Origin: an uncultured Lachnospiraceae bacterium
Lineage (GTDB): Bacteria; Bacillota; Clostridia; Lachnospirales; Lachnospiraceae
Assembly: GCA_902788645.1 (NCBI GenBank)
Contig: CADAKW010000001.1
Location: 20,791-84,790 of the forward strand
Length of the DNA: 64,000 bases
Direction of reading: 5' to 3'
Positions within the stretch are counted from its first letter, which is position 1. Each line of letters starts with the position of its first letter. Shown here one piece after another: positions 31,636 through 40,568 of this stretch. A program made the position numbers and the translations under genes. The notes under the pieces are model-generated. The model saw only the letters and a list, made by a program, of their open reading frames with translations. It was not told where the DNA came from and made no database searches.

Positions 31636-32670
31636 ATGATGAGAAAATGGATCGGATATGAAAAGGGTGTCAATCTTGGCGGCTGGTTATCCCAGTGTGA
31701 TTACAGCAAGGAAAGGCTGGAGCATTTTATTGAGGAGGAAGATATCAGACGTCTTAGTACCTGGGGGCTGGATCATCTTCGCCTGCCAATGGATTACAAT
31801 GTCCTGCGGGAGGAAAACGGAGCATTTAAGGAGGATGGTTTTGGTTATGTGAAGAGTGCTGTGGAGTGGTGCCACAAATATGGGCTGAATGTCATTTTGG
31901 ATCTTCATAAAACCGCAGGTTATTCCTTTGATAAAAATGAGCAGGAGCATGGTTTTTTTGCGGAGGAAAGTTATCAGGAGTATTTCTATACCCTGTGGGA
32001 GGAGATTGCCCGGAGATTTGCCGGATATGAAGATCAGGTTGCCTTTGAGCTTCTTAATGAAGTGACGGACGAGAAGACTATGGATGCATGGAAGCAGATT
32101 TCAGCAGAATGTATCCGCAGGATCCGTGTTATTGCTCCGAAAACAAAGATTATGATTGGTGGCTACTGGAATAACAGTGTTACTGCAGTAAAGGATCTTC
32201 CGATGCCAGCAGATGAGAACATTGTTTATAATTTTCATTGCTATGAGCCTCTGATCTTTACTCATCAGGGGGCGGGCTGGGTTGATACCATGCCTGCGGA
32301 TTACCGGATGTCCTTTGATAATGACATGTCCGTGTTTATGGACAAGACCAAGGAATATCTTCCAGACAATGTGATCATGCTGGAGCCGGCAAAGGACATT
32401 GCCCATGCTCTGGACAGTGAATTCTTTGAAAAGCTGTTTGCAGAGGCTATTACAGTTGCTGAGGAGAGAAATGTACCATTATATTGTGGGGAATATGGAG
32501 TGATCAATCTGGCATCTCCGGAAGACACTCTGAAATGGTATCAGAGTATTCATGCGGTGTTTGAAAAATATGGAATTGGAAGGGCGGCATGGAGTTATAA
32601 GGAGATGGATTTTGGTCTTATTGATGAGCATATGGATCCGGTACGGGAGGATGTGATCCGGGAGCTGTAA
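31636..32670 (+). CDS. Glycoside hydrolase family 5, no signal peptide
   Basis: GVNLGGWLSQ, DHLRLP, ILDLHK, FELLNE, NFHCYEP, LYCGEYG. Confidence 0.93.
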   Translation: MMRKWIGYEKGVNLGGWLSQCDYSKERLEHFIEEEDIRRLSTWGLDHLRLPMDYNVLREENGAFKEDGFGYVKSAVEWCHKYGLNVILDLHKTAGYSFDKNEQEHGFFAEESYQEYFYTLWEEIARRFAGYEDQVAFELLNEVTDEKTMDAWKQISAECIRRIRVIAPKTKIMIGGYWNNSVTAVKDLPMPADENIVYNFHCYEPLIFTHQGAGWVDTMPADYRMSFDNDMSVFMDKTKEYLPDNVIMLEPAKDIAHALDSEFFEKLFAEAITVAEERNVPLYCGEYGVINLASPEDTLKWYQSIHAVFEKYGIGRAAWSYKEMDFGLIDEHMDPVREDVIREL

Positions 32671-32789
32671 TGCCACAGTATCTGAAAAAGAAATTGGTAT
32701 GGGTCTAATATACAATTTTTGATGATATCCACACTTTCTATTTGATATAAATTGTGATACAGTGTTAGGGAATGTGGAGGCAAAACATC

Positions 32790-34142
32790 ATGAAAACAAC
32801 AGAGAAAGAGATGGATATGTTAAATGGAGGGATTGCAGGGAAATTAATTCTGTTTTCCCTTCCGTTAGCGTTTAGTAGTATTTTACAGCAGCTTTTTAAT
32901 TCGGCAGATGTTGCCGTAGTGGGACGATTTGCGGGAGACCAGGCATTGGCGGCCGTGGGAAGCTGCGTGGCACTGGTAGGTATCTTTGTTAATCTGATCG
33001 TAGGACTTTCGGTGGGACCAAATGCCGTGTTAGCCAGTCTGATCGGTCAGAAGAAACGGGAACGGATTCCGGGTATGCTTCATACGATCTTAACCTTCGG
33101 AGCAGCTTTTGGGGTATTTCTGATGCTTCTTGGTATGCTGACGGCCCGGCTTGTTTTGGAAGCATCCGGCACACCGGAAAGCGTCATGACAGAAGCTTTA
33201 TTGTATATCAGGATCTATTTTTTGAGCATTCCCTTTATGCTGATCTACAATTTTGGTTCTGCGGTACTTCGAAGCTTTGGAGACACCAGACACCCAATGT
33301 ATTATCTTCTGGCATCAGGAATCGTCAACGTGATCCTGAATCTGGTACTTGTGATCTGTTTCCGGTTGGGAGTATCCGGCGTGGCGATCGCTACGGTGAT
33401 ATCCAATATATTGAGCGCATCTCTCGTGATCCACTGTCTTCATCACAGGAGAGACGAGTTTCAATTTCGTTTTCACAATATGAGGATCAAATGGGCAGAT
33501 TTGAAAAAGGTGCTGATCATTGGCATCCCAGCGGGAATTCAGGGAGCCATTTTTTCTATCTCTAATGTGTTTATCCAGAGCGGCATTAATTCCTTTGGAG
33601 AGGATACCATTGCCGGTTCGTCTCTGGCGTTAAATTTTGAATATTTTACATACGATATTGCCAATGCATTTGCGCAGGCGGCAGTAACCTTTACCAGCCA
33701 GAATTACGGTGCCGGGAATTTCAAGCGGTGCCGTAAGATCTTTTGGCTGTGTATGCTGTTTGGAATCGGTTTTACGGAGATATTGAGTGTAGTATTTATT
33801 TTGTGGAAGGGATTTTTTGTCAGCATCTATACCACAAGTCAGGCGGTTGCCGCTTACGGCATTATCCGAATGGAGCGTGTCTGTGCCCTAGAGGGCCTGA
33901 CCGCAACCTACGAGGTGGAAAGTGCTGCCATGAGAGGCATGGGCAGATCCTTGGAGCCGTCTATTGTGACCATTCTTGGAACGGTGGTCTTTCGAATGAT
34001 CTGGCTGGTAACGATCTTTAAGATGGTTCCGACCTTTGAAATGTTGATGAACGTGTACGTGGCATCCTGGATATTTACGGGAGGCGTGTTGTTTGTGATT
34101 TATTATATGTATAGCAGGAAGGCGTTTTCACAGCAGATGTAA
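32790..34142 (+). CDS. MATE family efflux transporter
   Basis: LQQLFNSADVAVVGRF, LRSFGDTRHP, about 12 TMs. Confidence 0.94.
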   Translation: MKTTEKEMDMLNGGIAGKLILFSLPLAFSSILQQLFNSADVAVVGRFAGDQALAAVGSCVALVGIFVNLIVGLSVGPNAVLASLIGQKKRERIPGMLHTILTFGAAFGVFLMLLGMLTARLVLEASGTPESVMTEALLYIRIYFLSIPFMLIYNFGSAVLRSFGDTRHPMYYLLASGIVNVILNLVLVICFRLGVSGVAIATVISNILSASLVIHCLHHRRDEFQFRFHNMRIKWADLKKVLIIGIPAGIQGAIFSISNVFIQSGINSFGEDTIAGSSLALNFEYFTYDIANAFAQAAVTFTSQNYGAGNFKRCRKIFWLCMLFGIGFTEILSVVFILWKGFFVSIYTTSQAVAAYGIIRMERVCALEGLTATYEVESAAMRGMGRSLEPSIVTILGTVVFRMIWLVTIFKMVPTFEMLMNVYVASWIFTGGVLFVIYYMYSRKAFSQQM

Positions 34143-34147
34143 AGGGA

Positions 34148-34177
34148 TTTTGACACACATTTCGGAAGGTGTCAAAA
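34148..34177. terminator. Inverted repeat after the MATE gene
   Basis: TTTTGACAC-N12-GTGTCAAAA. Confidence 0.5.
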
Positions 34178-34231
34178 ATGTTTGATAGACGATAGAAATC
34201 TGAATCAGATAACGTCTGTGATGAAGATGGA

Positions 34232-34316
34232 GAAATGTCATAGAAAATGTCATACAAAATGTCGTAGAAAATGAAAACTCCGCTCAAAAAAATGAGCGAT
34301 GTTTGAGCGAAGTTTT
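34232..34316 (+). repeat. 12-bp tandem repeat (about 3.5 copies) followed by a 15-bp inverted repeat; probable gene remnant
   Basis: AAATGTCATAG/AAAATGTCATAC/AAAATGTCGTAG/AAAATG; AAAACTCCGCTCAAA...TTTGAGCGAAGTTTT. Confidence 0.75.
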
Positions 34317-34374
34317 ATCAAGAAAAATTAAAAAAATATTGATATTAAAGAAATATGAAAAGAGCAGTATTAAA

Positions 34375-34403
34375 ATAGGCTGCGGCAAAATGCCGCAGCC
34401 TAT
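34375..34403 (-). terminator. Intrinsic terminator of the GH2 gene
   Basis: ATAGGCTGCGGCA-AAA-TGCCGCAGCCTAT with T-run on the minus strand. Confidence 0.85.
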
Positions 34404-34434
34404 CATTCATTCGTTTATTTTATTTACTTTTCTA

Positions 34435-37404
34435 TCATTCCCCTACAAAGGTTTTCCGCAGCTTCTTCATATCCAGCGTCTGCTCCGGCCGGAATGCATC
34501 GGAGCTTACATAAGAGATCAGAGACTTGATAAACTGATCCACCTCCGGAAGATGTGTGACATCACGGTGGCTGATGATCTCGCCTACCGCAGTAATGGCA
34601 TCATCTCTGGTCGGTTCGGTAAGATTGACAAGCTCGCTGAGACGGATCGTGCAGACCATCAGAGAGCCGTTTCCGACCTGTCCCTCAAAGAGGATACCCA
34701 GCTTGTGGTTACGGTCAAAGTTATCCATCATCTGTACGATCGGGCGGTAGCTCTTATCTGTTGTGTCATCCAGGATTGCACAGTCACAGTGGGATACCAG
34801 CTGATACCACTGTGGTGTTGCGTAGGTGTGGGATGGAAACTGCTTTAATGCCGGATGCTCATTCTGGATCAGCAGACCCATAGTACCCACGGCTACTGGT
34901 TTTTTCATCCACTCGCAGATATCGCGGAACATTGGGTAGCACCAGAACTCCGTACAGTAGAAGCCCTTGAGGCTCTCGGCTGTTTCCTTTGGCAGATAAA
35001 GGACACGCCTGCCCTCGGTAAGCATTGCCTCGGCCTGGTCAAAGTCGTTTGTAATATATGTTTTCTCAGCTCCCTCGCCCACAGATGCCACATTGGCAAG
35101 ATCCAGATGATCATTGTCGGCAGGATAGAGATACAGCTCATATTCGTTAGAAATGTCGGTTTCCTCAATGAAGAGAGAAAGTACCGCTGTTGTGGCGTCA
35201 TTGATGACGGGAACCGGGATGGAGATATCCTCCAGCTCCACCAGCCCGAGAATGTCAGACGGCAGGGAGATTGTTCCCTCAGCGGCCTTTGTGCCATCCT
35301 GCAGGGTAAAGCAGTATGTGACAGACTTTCCTGCGAGGCTCTCCGGACGGTAATAACGGAATGCGGTGGAGAATTCAAAAGCAGAGCCTGCTGTCAGGAC
35401 ATAGCTGTCAAATTCTGCCATCAGGATCGCATCGGAGCAGTAGCCTGCCCATTCCTTTGTGGTCACAAGACCCTTGCTGTCCATAAAAGCGTCCAGGATA
35501 CCCACCAGAGCAGTTCCCTGTCCGGAGAAATCCTGAATATCCAGAATCTGATAACCGGCAAGATTTTTTGTGCGGGCAGCAGCCTCCAGCTCTTCTTTGT
35601 AGCACTGAACGGCAAGCTTACCACTGTTGTAGAAAAAGTCATCTGCCTGATCAAGCATGCCCTTTTCTTCCAGACGATCCCGGAATACCTCAAAGTTTCT
35701 GGCTTTTAATACACCGGTGTATTTATCAATCTCGTGGAAATTCGGAAATACACAGTATTGACCGATCTCATGAGATACCACAGGAATCTCCGGCATCAGC
35801 ACTTCGGTATTCTCGGCAGCTTTTACCTTCTTGACACCGGTGCCGTACTGGATCTCGATCTCTGCAGCGTCATCTCCGCTGTCAACGGCAGCCTTGGAAG
35901 GCAGGATCGCTTCATCATAGTTTTTGCGGGTCGCAGGCTCAGCAGACTGAATATGTCCCAGCGGTGCGTCACACATACCGTAGGAGCCGCGGAACAGACG
36001 GTTCTTGCTCAGACGCACTCCAACGAAGAAGTCCTCTTCCGGCAGAATGACCGGTGTGTGCTGGAAATTGTTGGAACCCTGTGTATATAAGTGACGGGTA
36101 TCCACAGCCTTGTATGCGGCGAGGATCTCAGAGATCCGTTCCTTGCTGCCCCAGAGCTCGTTGCCCAGAGACATCATACAATAGGAGGCGTGGTTTCCGA
36201 AATATTTCATCATACGGTAGCCCTCTTCAATGAGATAGGACTGTTCGGTTTCGTTGTGTCCTTCCTCCCCAGGAGCTGTCATAGTACCCCAGAATGGAAG
36301 CTGTGGCTCCATATAGATACCCACCAGATCAGCAGCAGTAAATGCGGCATCCGGAGGACAGCAGGTATGGAAACGGTAATGGTTGATGCCGTAGCTTTTG
36401 GAGATGGACAATACCTTGATCCATTCCTCGACGGTGGCAGGAACGGCACCGGTCAATGGGAAGATCAGACCGTCATGCTTGCCCCGCAGAAATGTCTTGC
36501 GGCCGTTGATCAGAAAATCATGTCCCTCGGTAGTAAAATCGCGGAATCCAAAGGTGGTAGTGATGGTTTCTGCACTGTCCGCGAAGAAAACTGTCAGTTC
36601 ATAGATCACTGGTGCATATTCGCTCCAGAGTACCGGGTGGTTTCCTAGGTCATATGTCACAGAATATACTGCTTCTCCTGCCGGAAATGGAACTTCAAAG
36701 GAATGGACAGGGGTAATCTGATCTTTGAGTCCGTCACGGTCACGAAGCTGCGAATGGATCTCAATGGTGTGGGAAGCATCCGCACCGGAGGTGTTGACTG
36801 TGGTCATTTCCAGTGTCACAGTGCCGGTCTTTGTATCCGGAAGTGTCTTGATATGGGAGATATAGCACGTTTCATGAATGCGAAGGGAAATCTCACCGAT
36901 AATACCGTTCCAGTTTGTCTGTGTATCCGGAGAGGTCAGATGACCGCCCTTTGTAGGATAAGCCAGCGGGTCTGCTTCGCCCTCCTCCGGCTTCTGAAGA
37001 TTGGCAACCAGAATGGTCAGACGGAAGTCCTGTCCGGTCACAGCCTTTGTAAGGTTGTAAACGTGGGGCGTATTCAGACTGTCATAGGTACCGATCTGTG
37101 TATCGTTGACCCATACCATGGTCACACGGGTACGTTCCAGATAGAGAAGGATTTCCTTGCCAAGATCCTCCGGCTCCAGATGAATCTCCTTGGAGTACCA
37201 TGCATATCCCTCATACAGATAAGGATCTGTCAGGGTTCCCGTTTCCTTTTTGTCAGAAAATGTTCCCTTCTGTGCCATAGAGGTGGTGCCGGGCAGAGAA
37301 ATCGTATCATCGAAATTTTTTGTATAAAATACATTGTGGATGCCGGTGCAGCCTGCGTCAAGCTGGAAATCCCAGACACCCTGTAAATTCATAGTCTTTG
37401 TCAT
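34435..37404 (-). CDS. Glycoside hydrolase family 2
   Basis: NLQGVWDF, YEGYAWY, NWNGIIG, FGFRDF, INGRKTFLRG, NHYRFHT, SLGNEL, VSHEIGQ; start 37404 (ORF opens at 37503). Confidence 0.9.
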   Translation of the reverse strand: MTKTMNLQGVWDFQLDAGCTGIHNVFYTKNFDDTISLPGTTSMAQKGTFSDKKETGTLTDPYLYEGYAWYSKEIHLEPEDLGKEILLYLERTRVTMVWVNDTQIGTYDSLNTPHVYNLTKAVTGQDFRLTILVANLQKPEEGEADPLAYPTKGGHLTSPDTQTNWNGIIGEISLRIHETCYISHIKTLPDTKTGTVTLEMTTVNTSGADASHTIEIHSQLRDRDGLKDQITPVHSFEVPFPAGEAVYSVTYDLGNHPVLWSEYAPVIYELTVFFADSAETITTTFGFRDFTTEGHDFLINGRKTFLRGKHDGLIFPLTGAVPATVEEWIKVLSISKSYGINHYRFHTCCPPDAAFTAADLVGIYMEPQLPFWGTMTAPGEEGHNETEQSYLIEEGYRMMKYFGNHASYCMMSLGNELWGSKERISEILAAYKAVDTRHLYTQGSNNFQHTPVILPEEDFFVGVRLSKNRLFRGSYGMCDAPLGHIQSAEPATRKNYDEAILPSKAAVDSGDDAAEIEIQYGTGVKKVKAAENTEVLMPEIPVVSHEIGQYCVFPNFHEIDKYTGVLKARNFEVFRDRLEEKGMLDQADDFFYNSGKLAVQCYKEELEAAARTKNLAGYQILDIQDFSGQGTALVGILDAFMDSKGLVTTKEWAGYCSDAILMAEFDSYVLTAGSAFEFSTAFRYYRPESLAGKSVTYCFTLQDGTKAAEGTISLPSDILGLVELEDISIPVPVINDATTAVLSLFIEETDISNEYELYLYPADNDHLDLANVASVGEGAEKTYITNDFDQAEAMLTEGRRVLYLPKETAESLKGFYCTEFWCYPMFRDICEWMKKPVAVGTMGLLIQNEHPALKQFPSHTYATPQWYQLVSHCDCAILDDTTDKSYRPIVQMMDNFDRNHKLGILFEGQVGNGSLMVCTIRLSELVNLTEPTRDDAITAVGEIISHRDVTHLPEVDQFIKSLISYVSSDAFRPEQTLDMKKLRKTFVGE

Positions 37405-37630
37405 AATTTTCTCTCCTGTTATAAAATGATCCGTAATATTGCAGGGAAAACTGCAAAACATAACTACTTTATTATACAGGGTGCAGAGTTGTCTTTCAAC
37501 CAAAAAGATAAAGAAAAGTGTCGTAATTTGTGGTTTTATGTAATCTATGGTACAATGTTCCCAAAGGCAGAAGCGGAGTTTGTTCAGACATTTTGCCGAT
37601 TATTAAAATACGAGAGAGGATTCATGATAG

Positions 37631-38734
37631 ATGGAGATGCAGGAATGGCGCAGACTGGCATTTCGAAGTGTTTGTCTGCTGGTGGGGGTCTTGCTGATCA
37701 CATTTGCCGGAACCGTGTATTCACAGGAAAATCTTAAGCAGCGGGGCAATGACGGAAACCGGACAGCACAGACACAGAAGCTGTCAGAGATTGAACATGT
37801 GGAAGCACATGTTATGAAGCGGGAGGAGCTCAGCCGTCTGGGGGAACATTATATAAAGATCAGCAAAACAGTGACAGGACAGGCTGTCTCTGTGCGGCTG
37901 GACAATGATTATATGGAACGGATCATGACTCTGACCATGAAAGGAACATCGGTCAAAGGATATGGAAAGTCTTCGGTGACATATCATAAGGGAGATAAGA
38001 CATCTCAGACAGACAACGTGATCCAAAAAGAGAAAATATCCCAGATCCATGAGATGGCTCGTTTCACCTTTCATATGAACCGGATCTATGAGCCGGAGCT
38101 TCTGGAGTCGGAGGATGCCTGTTATATTGTGCTTCGCCGTCCGAAAGAGGTATATTCCCATGTGGTGGTGATTGATGCCGGGCATGGCGGGGATGATGAG
38201 GGAACCGGTTCTATAGATTGGAAGTATCGGGAAAAGGACTCGGCTCTTAAGATTGTGGAGTGTCTGAAACAGATTCTGGATAGTTCAGACATTAAGGCGT
38301 ATTATACCAGACTGGATGACAGGGACGTTACCAAAAAGGACAGAGTCAGACTGGCAAAGGATGCCGGAGCCGATGTGCTGATCAGCGTTCACTGTAATGC
38401 ATCGGATGCCTATGACACCACGGCGAAGGGGGTAGAGACATTATATTCCGGCAGAAAGGAAACCACAGCAGGAGATCTGACCAGCAGGCAGCTTGCAAAG
38501 GATATTCTGGATGGAGTTTGTGAAACTACCGGCAGACGGCGGCGTAAAGTGATCCGGAGAGATCAGCTGTATCTGATGCATCATGCGGATGTACCGGTCA
38601 CCATTGTTGAAGTGGGGTATATGACCAACCGGTCAGACATGAGATATTTGAAAAAGCAGAAAAACCAGCAGGAGATCGCACAGGGAATTTATAACGGACT
38701 GTGCAAAAGTCTGAAGAGAAAAGAGAGGAATTAA
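37631..38734 (+). CDS. N-acetylmuramoyl-L-alanine amidase (Amidase_3)
   Basis: VVIDAGHGGDDEG, ISVHCNA, IVEVGYMTN; N-terminal TM/signal. Confidence 0.92.
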   Translation: MEMQEWRRLAFRSVCLLVGVLLITFAGTVYSQENLKQRGNDGNRTAQTQKLSEIEHVEAHVMKREELSRLGEHYIKISKTVTGQAVSVRLDNDYMERIMTLTMKGTSVKGYGKSSVTYHKGDKTSQTDNVIQKEKISQIHEMARFTFHMNRIYEPELLESEDACYIVLRRPKEVYSHVVVIDAGHGGDDEGTGSIDWKYREKDSALKIVECLKQILDSSDIKAYYTRLDDRDVTKKDRVRLAKDAGADVLISVHCNASDAYDTTAKGVETLYSGRKETTAGDLTSRQLAKDILDGVCETTGRRRRKVIRRDQLYLMHHADVPVTIVEVGYMTNRSDMRYLKKQKNQQEIAQGIYNGLCKSLKRKERN

Positions 38735-38738
38735 GATC

Positions 38739-39341
38739 ATGAAAAAGATTATCGTAGCAACCGGAAACGAAGGGAAAATGAAGGAGTTCCGTCAGATCCT
38801 GCAAGGAGAGGATATCGTATTTTCTTCCCTGAAGGATGAGGGCTTACAGAATGTAGAGATTATCGAGGACGGCAGTACCTTTGAGGAGAATGCTCTGATC
38901 AAGGCACGTAAGATCTCCGAGATCACAGGACAGATCGTGCTGGCGGATGATTCCGGGCTGGAGGTGGATGCACTTGATAAAGCACCGGGGATTTATTCGG
39001 CTCGCTACATGGGAGAGGATACCCCGTATACGGTAAAAAACAATCATATCATTGAGCTTCTGAAGGATGTAGAGGGAGAGGACCGCAGTGCCCGCTTCGT
39101 CTGTGTGATCGCATGTGTATTTCCGGATGGCAGAAGCTTTACCTGCCGTGGTGTGGTAGAGGGACAGATCGGCTATAGCGAAAAGGGAGAGAATGGTTTT
39201 GGCTACGATCCGATCTTTTATGTGCCGGAGCTTGGATGTACCACTGCAGAGCTTCCGCCGGAGGAGAAGAATAAGATCAGCCACAGAGGACGTGCGCTGA
39301 CCGCTATGTATGACAAGATGAAAGAATATGGAATTGTATAA
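38739..39341 (+). CDS. rdgB: XTP/dITP diphosphatase (HAM1/RdgB)
   Basis: ATGNEGK, DDSGL, PGIYSARY, GFGYDPIF, KNKISHRG. Confidence 0.96.
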   Translation: MKKIIVATGNEGKMKEFRQILQGEDIVFSSLKDEGLQNVEIIEDGSTFEENALIKARKISEITGQIVLADDSGLEVDALDKAPGIYSARYMGEDTPYTVKNNHIIELLKDVEGEDRSARFVCVIACVFPDGRSFTCRGVVEGQIGYSEKGENGFGYDPIFYVPELGCTTAELPPEEKNKISHRGRALTAMYDKMKEYGIV

Positions 39342-39357
39342 GAACAGGAGTGGAGAT

Positions 39358-39867
39358 ATGGCAGAAACAGGGCAGGGACAGATCAAGGTGCTGATCGTCA
39401 GTGATTCCCACGGACGCAATGATAATCTGAGAAAAGCAGTTGCCAATATGAGGGGAACCCATTGCCGGATGTTGCATGCCGGAGATTTTCAGTGTGCCCC
39501 GCAGGATATTTATGATCTGGCGGGAGTGCCGGTGGATATGGTGCGTGGAAACTGTGACAGCAGTCTCAGCGGAGTGCCGTTATCCAGGATTGTGGAGATC
39601 GGAGACTATCGTATTCTGCTGACTCATGGTCATCAGTATGCAGGCTTTGACAGTATCGGAAGCATGAGCGAGATGGCCCGTGCCAATGATGTGCAGATCG
39701 TTGTCTGCGGTCACACCCACATTCCTCATGTAGAGAAGCGGGGAGATGTCTGGGTGGTCAATCCGGGGAGTATATCGCAGCCACGTCAGCCGGGGCACCG
39801 GCCTTCTTATCTGGTAATGAACATCGAGCATGGAACCGTGGATTTCGTACCGGTATATTTAACATAG
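39358..39867 (+). CDS. YfcE/YsnB-like metallophosphoesterase
   Basis: SDSHG, HAGD, VRGNCD, THGH, GHTH, NPGS. Confidence 0.93.
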   Translation: MAETGQGQIKVLIVSDSHGRNDNLRKAVANMRGTHCRMLHAGDFQCAPQDIYDLAGVPVDMVRGNCDSSLSGVPLSRIVEIGDYRILLTHGHQYAGFDSIGSMSEMARANDVQIVVCGHTHIPHVEKRGDVWVVNPGSISQPRQPGHRPSYLVMNIEHGTVDFVPVYLT

Positions 39868-39905
39868 TGGCAAACAGGGGCAAAACGCAGGTTTTGCCCT
39901 TGTTT
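39862..39905. repeat. REP-like palindrome, copy 2 (possible terminator)
   Basis: AAACAGGGGCAAAAC-GCAG-GTTTTGCCCTTGTTT. Confidence 0.6.
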
Positions 39906-39957
39906 AGTGTACAGGGAAATTTTAGAAAAGCTTTAGAATTGATCTGGTACAGTTCGA

Positions 39958-40004
39958 TTGACGGGGAAAGCAAATTTTGGTATAATAGTTCTAAAGTGAA
40001 CTGT
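39958..40004 (+). promoter_or_regulatory. sigA promoter with palindromic operator for the marR-citrate synthase unit
   Basis: TTGACG-N17-TATAAT; ATAGTTC-N6-GAACTGT overlapping -10/+1. Confidence 0.75.
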
Positions 40005-40058
40005 CTGAAACAGAAAATGCATTATGTCCGGTCACGGTCAGGTAATGGGGAGGGCATC

Positions 40059-40493
40059 ATGGATGACAGAGTGGAACAATTATTAAGTGGTCAGTATTTC
40101 AAAAAGTATCAAGAAGCAATGTATTCCGAAATTACTGAAAATTTTAATATGACGCTTATGGAAGTACGTGTGTTACTTTTCTTTGATAATCACGGAAGCA
40201 GCAATACGGCAAAGGATCTGGTCAGGATCTTTCATTATACCAAGTCCAATGTCTCAAAGGCTATCGACAGTCTGCTGCTTCGCGGATATTTAAAGAAACA
40301 GTATGATGATCAGGACAGACGGTATATTCATTTGACAGTGCAGCCGGAGGCAGCAGATGTGCTGGAGATGGCGAGGCAGTGTCAGCGGGACATGTTTCAA
40401 TCGGTTTTCCGGGGGATCAGTGAGGAAGAGTTACAGATTGTGCAGAAGGTAGCCCGGAAGATTCACCAGAATATATCGGAGGCGATGCAGTAA
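40059..40493 (+). CDS. MarR-family regulator
   Basis: TAKDLV...TKSNVSKAIDSL...GYL...DRRYIHL; true start probably 40059. Confidence 0.9.
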   Translation: MDDRVEQLLSGQYFKKYQEAMYSEITENFNMTLMEVRVLLFFDNHGSSNTAKDLVRIFHYTKSNVSKAIDSLLLRGYLKKQYDDQDRRYIHLTVQPEAADVLEMARQCQRDMFQSVFRGISEEELQIVQKVARKIHQNISEAMQ

Positions 40494-40568
40494 GTGGGGA
40501 AATGCGTCGGCATATGTGGAAGACGGTTTTGCAACCCGAAGGTGTTTTTTGAAAGGAAAGGTGATATT

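Noticed and set aside
34303-34848. 181-aa plus-strand ORF
   Set aside because: Mostly antisense to GH2 and runs through its terminator; only the first codons belong to the remnant described above
39867-40058. N-terminal extension of the MarR ORF (and similar extensions of uvrA, GH2, gltA and the 42951 regulator)
   Set aside because: Extensions cross promoters or hairpins, or lack an RBS; downstream starts fit better
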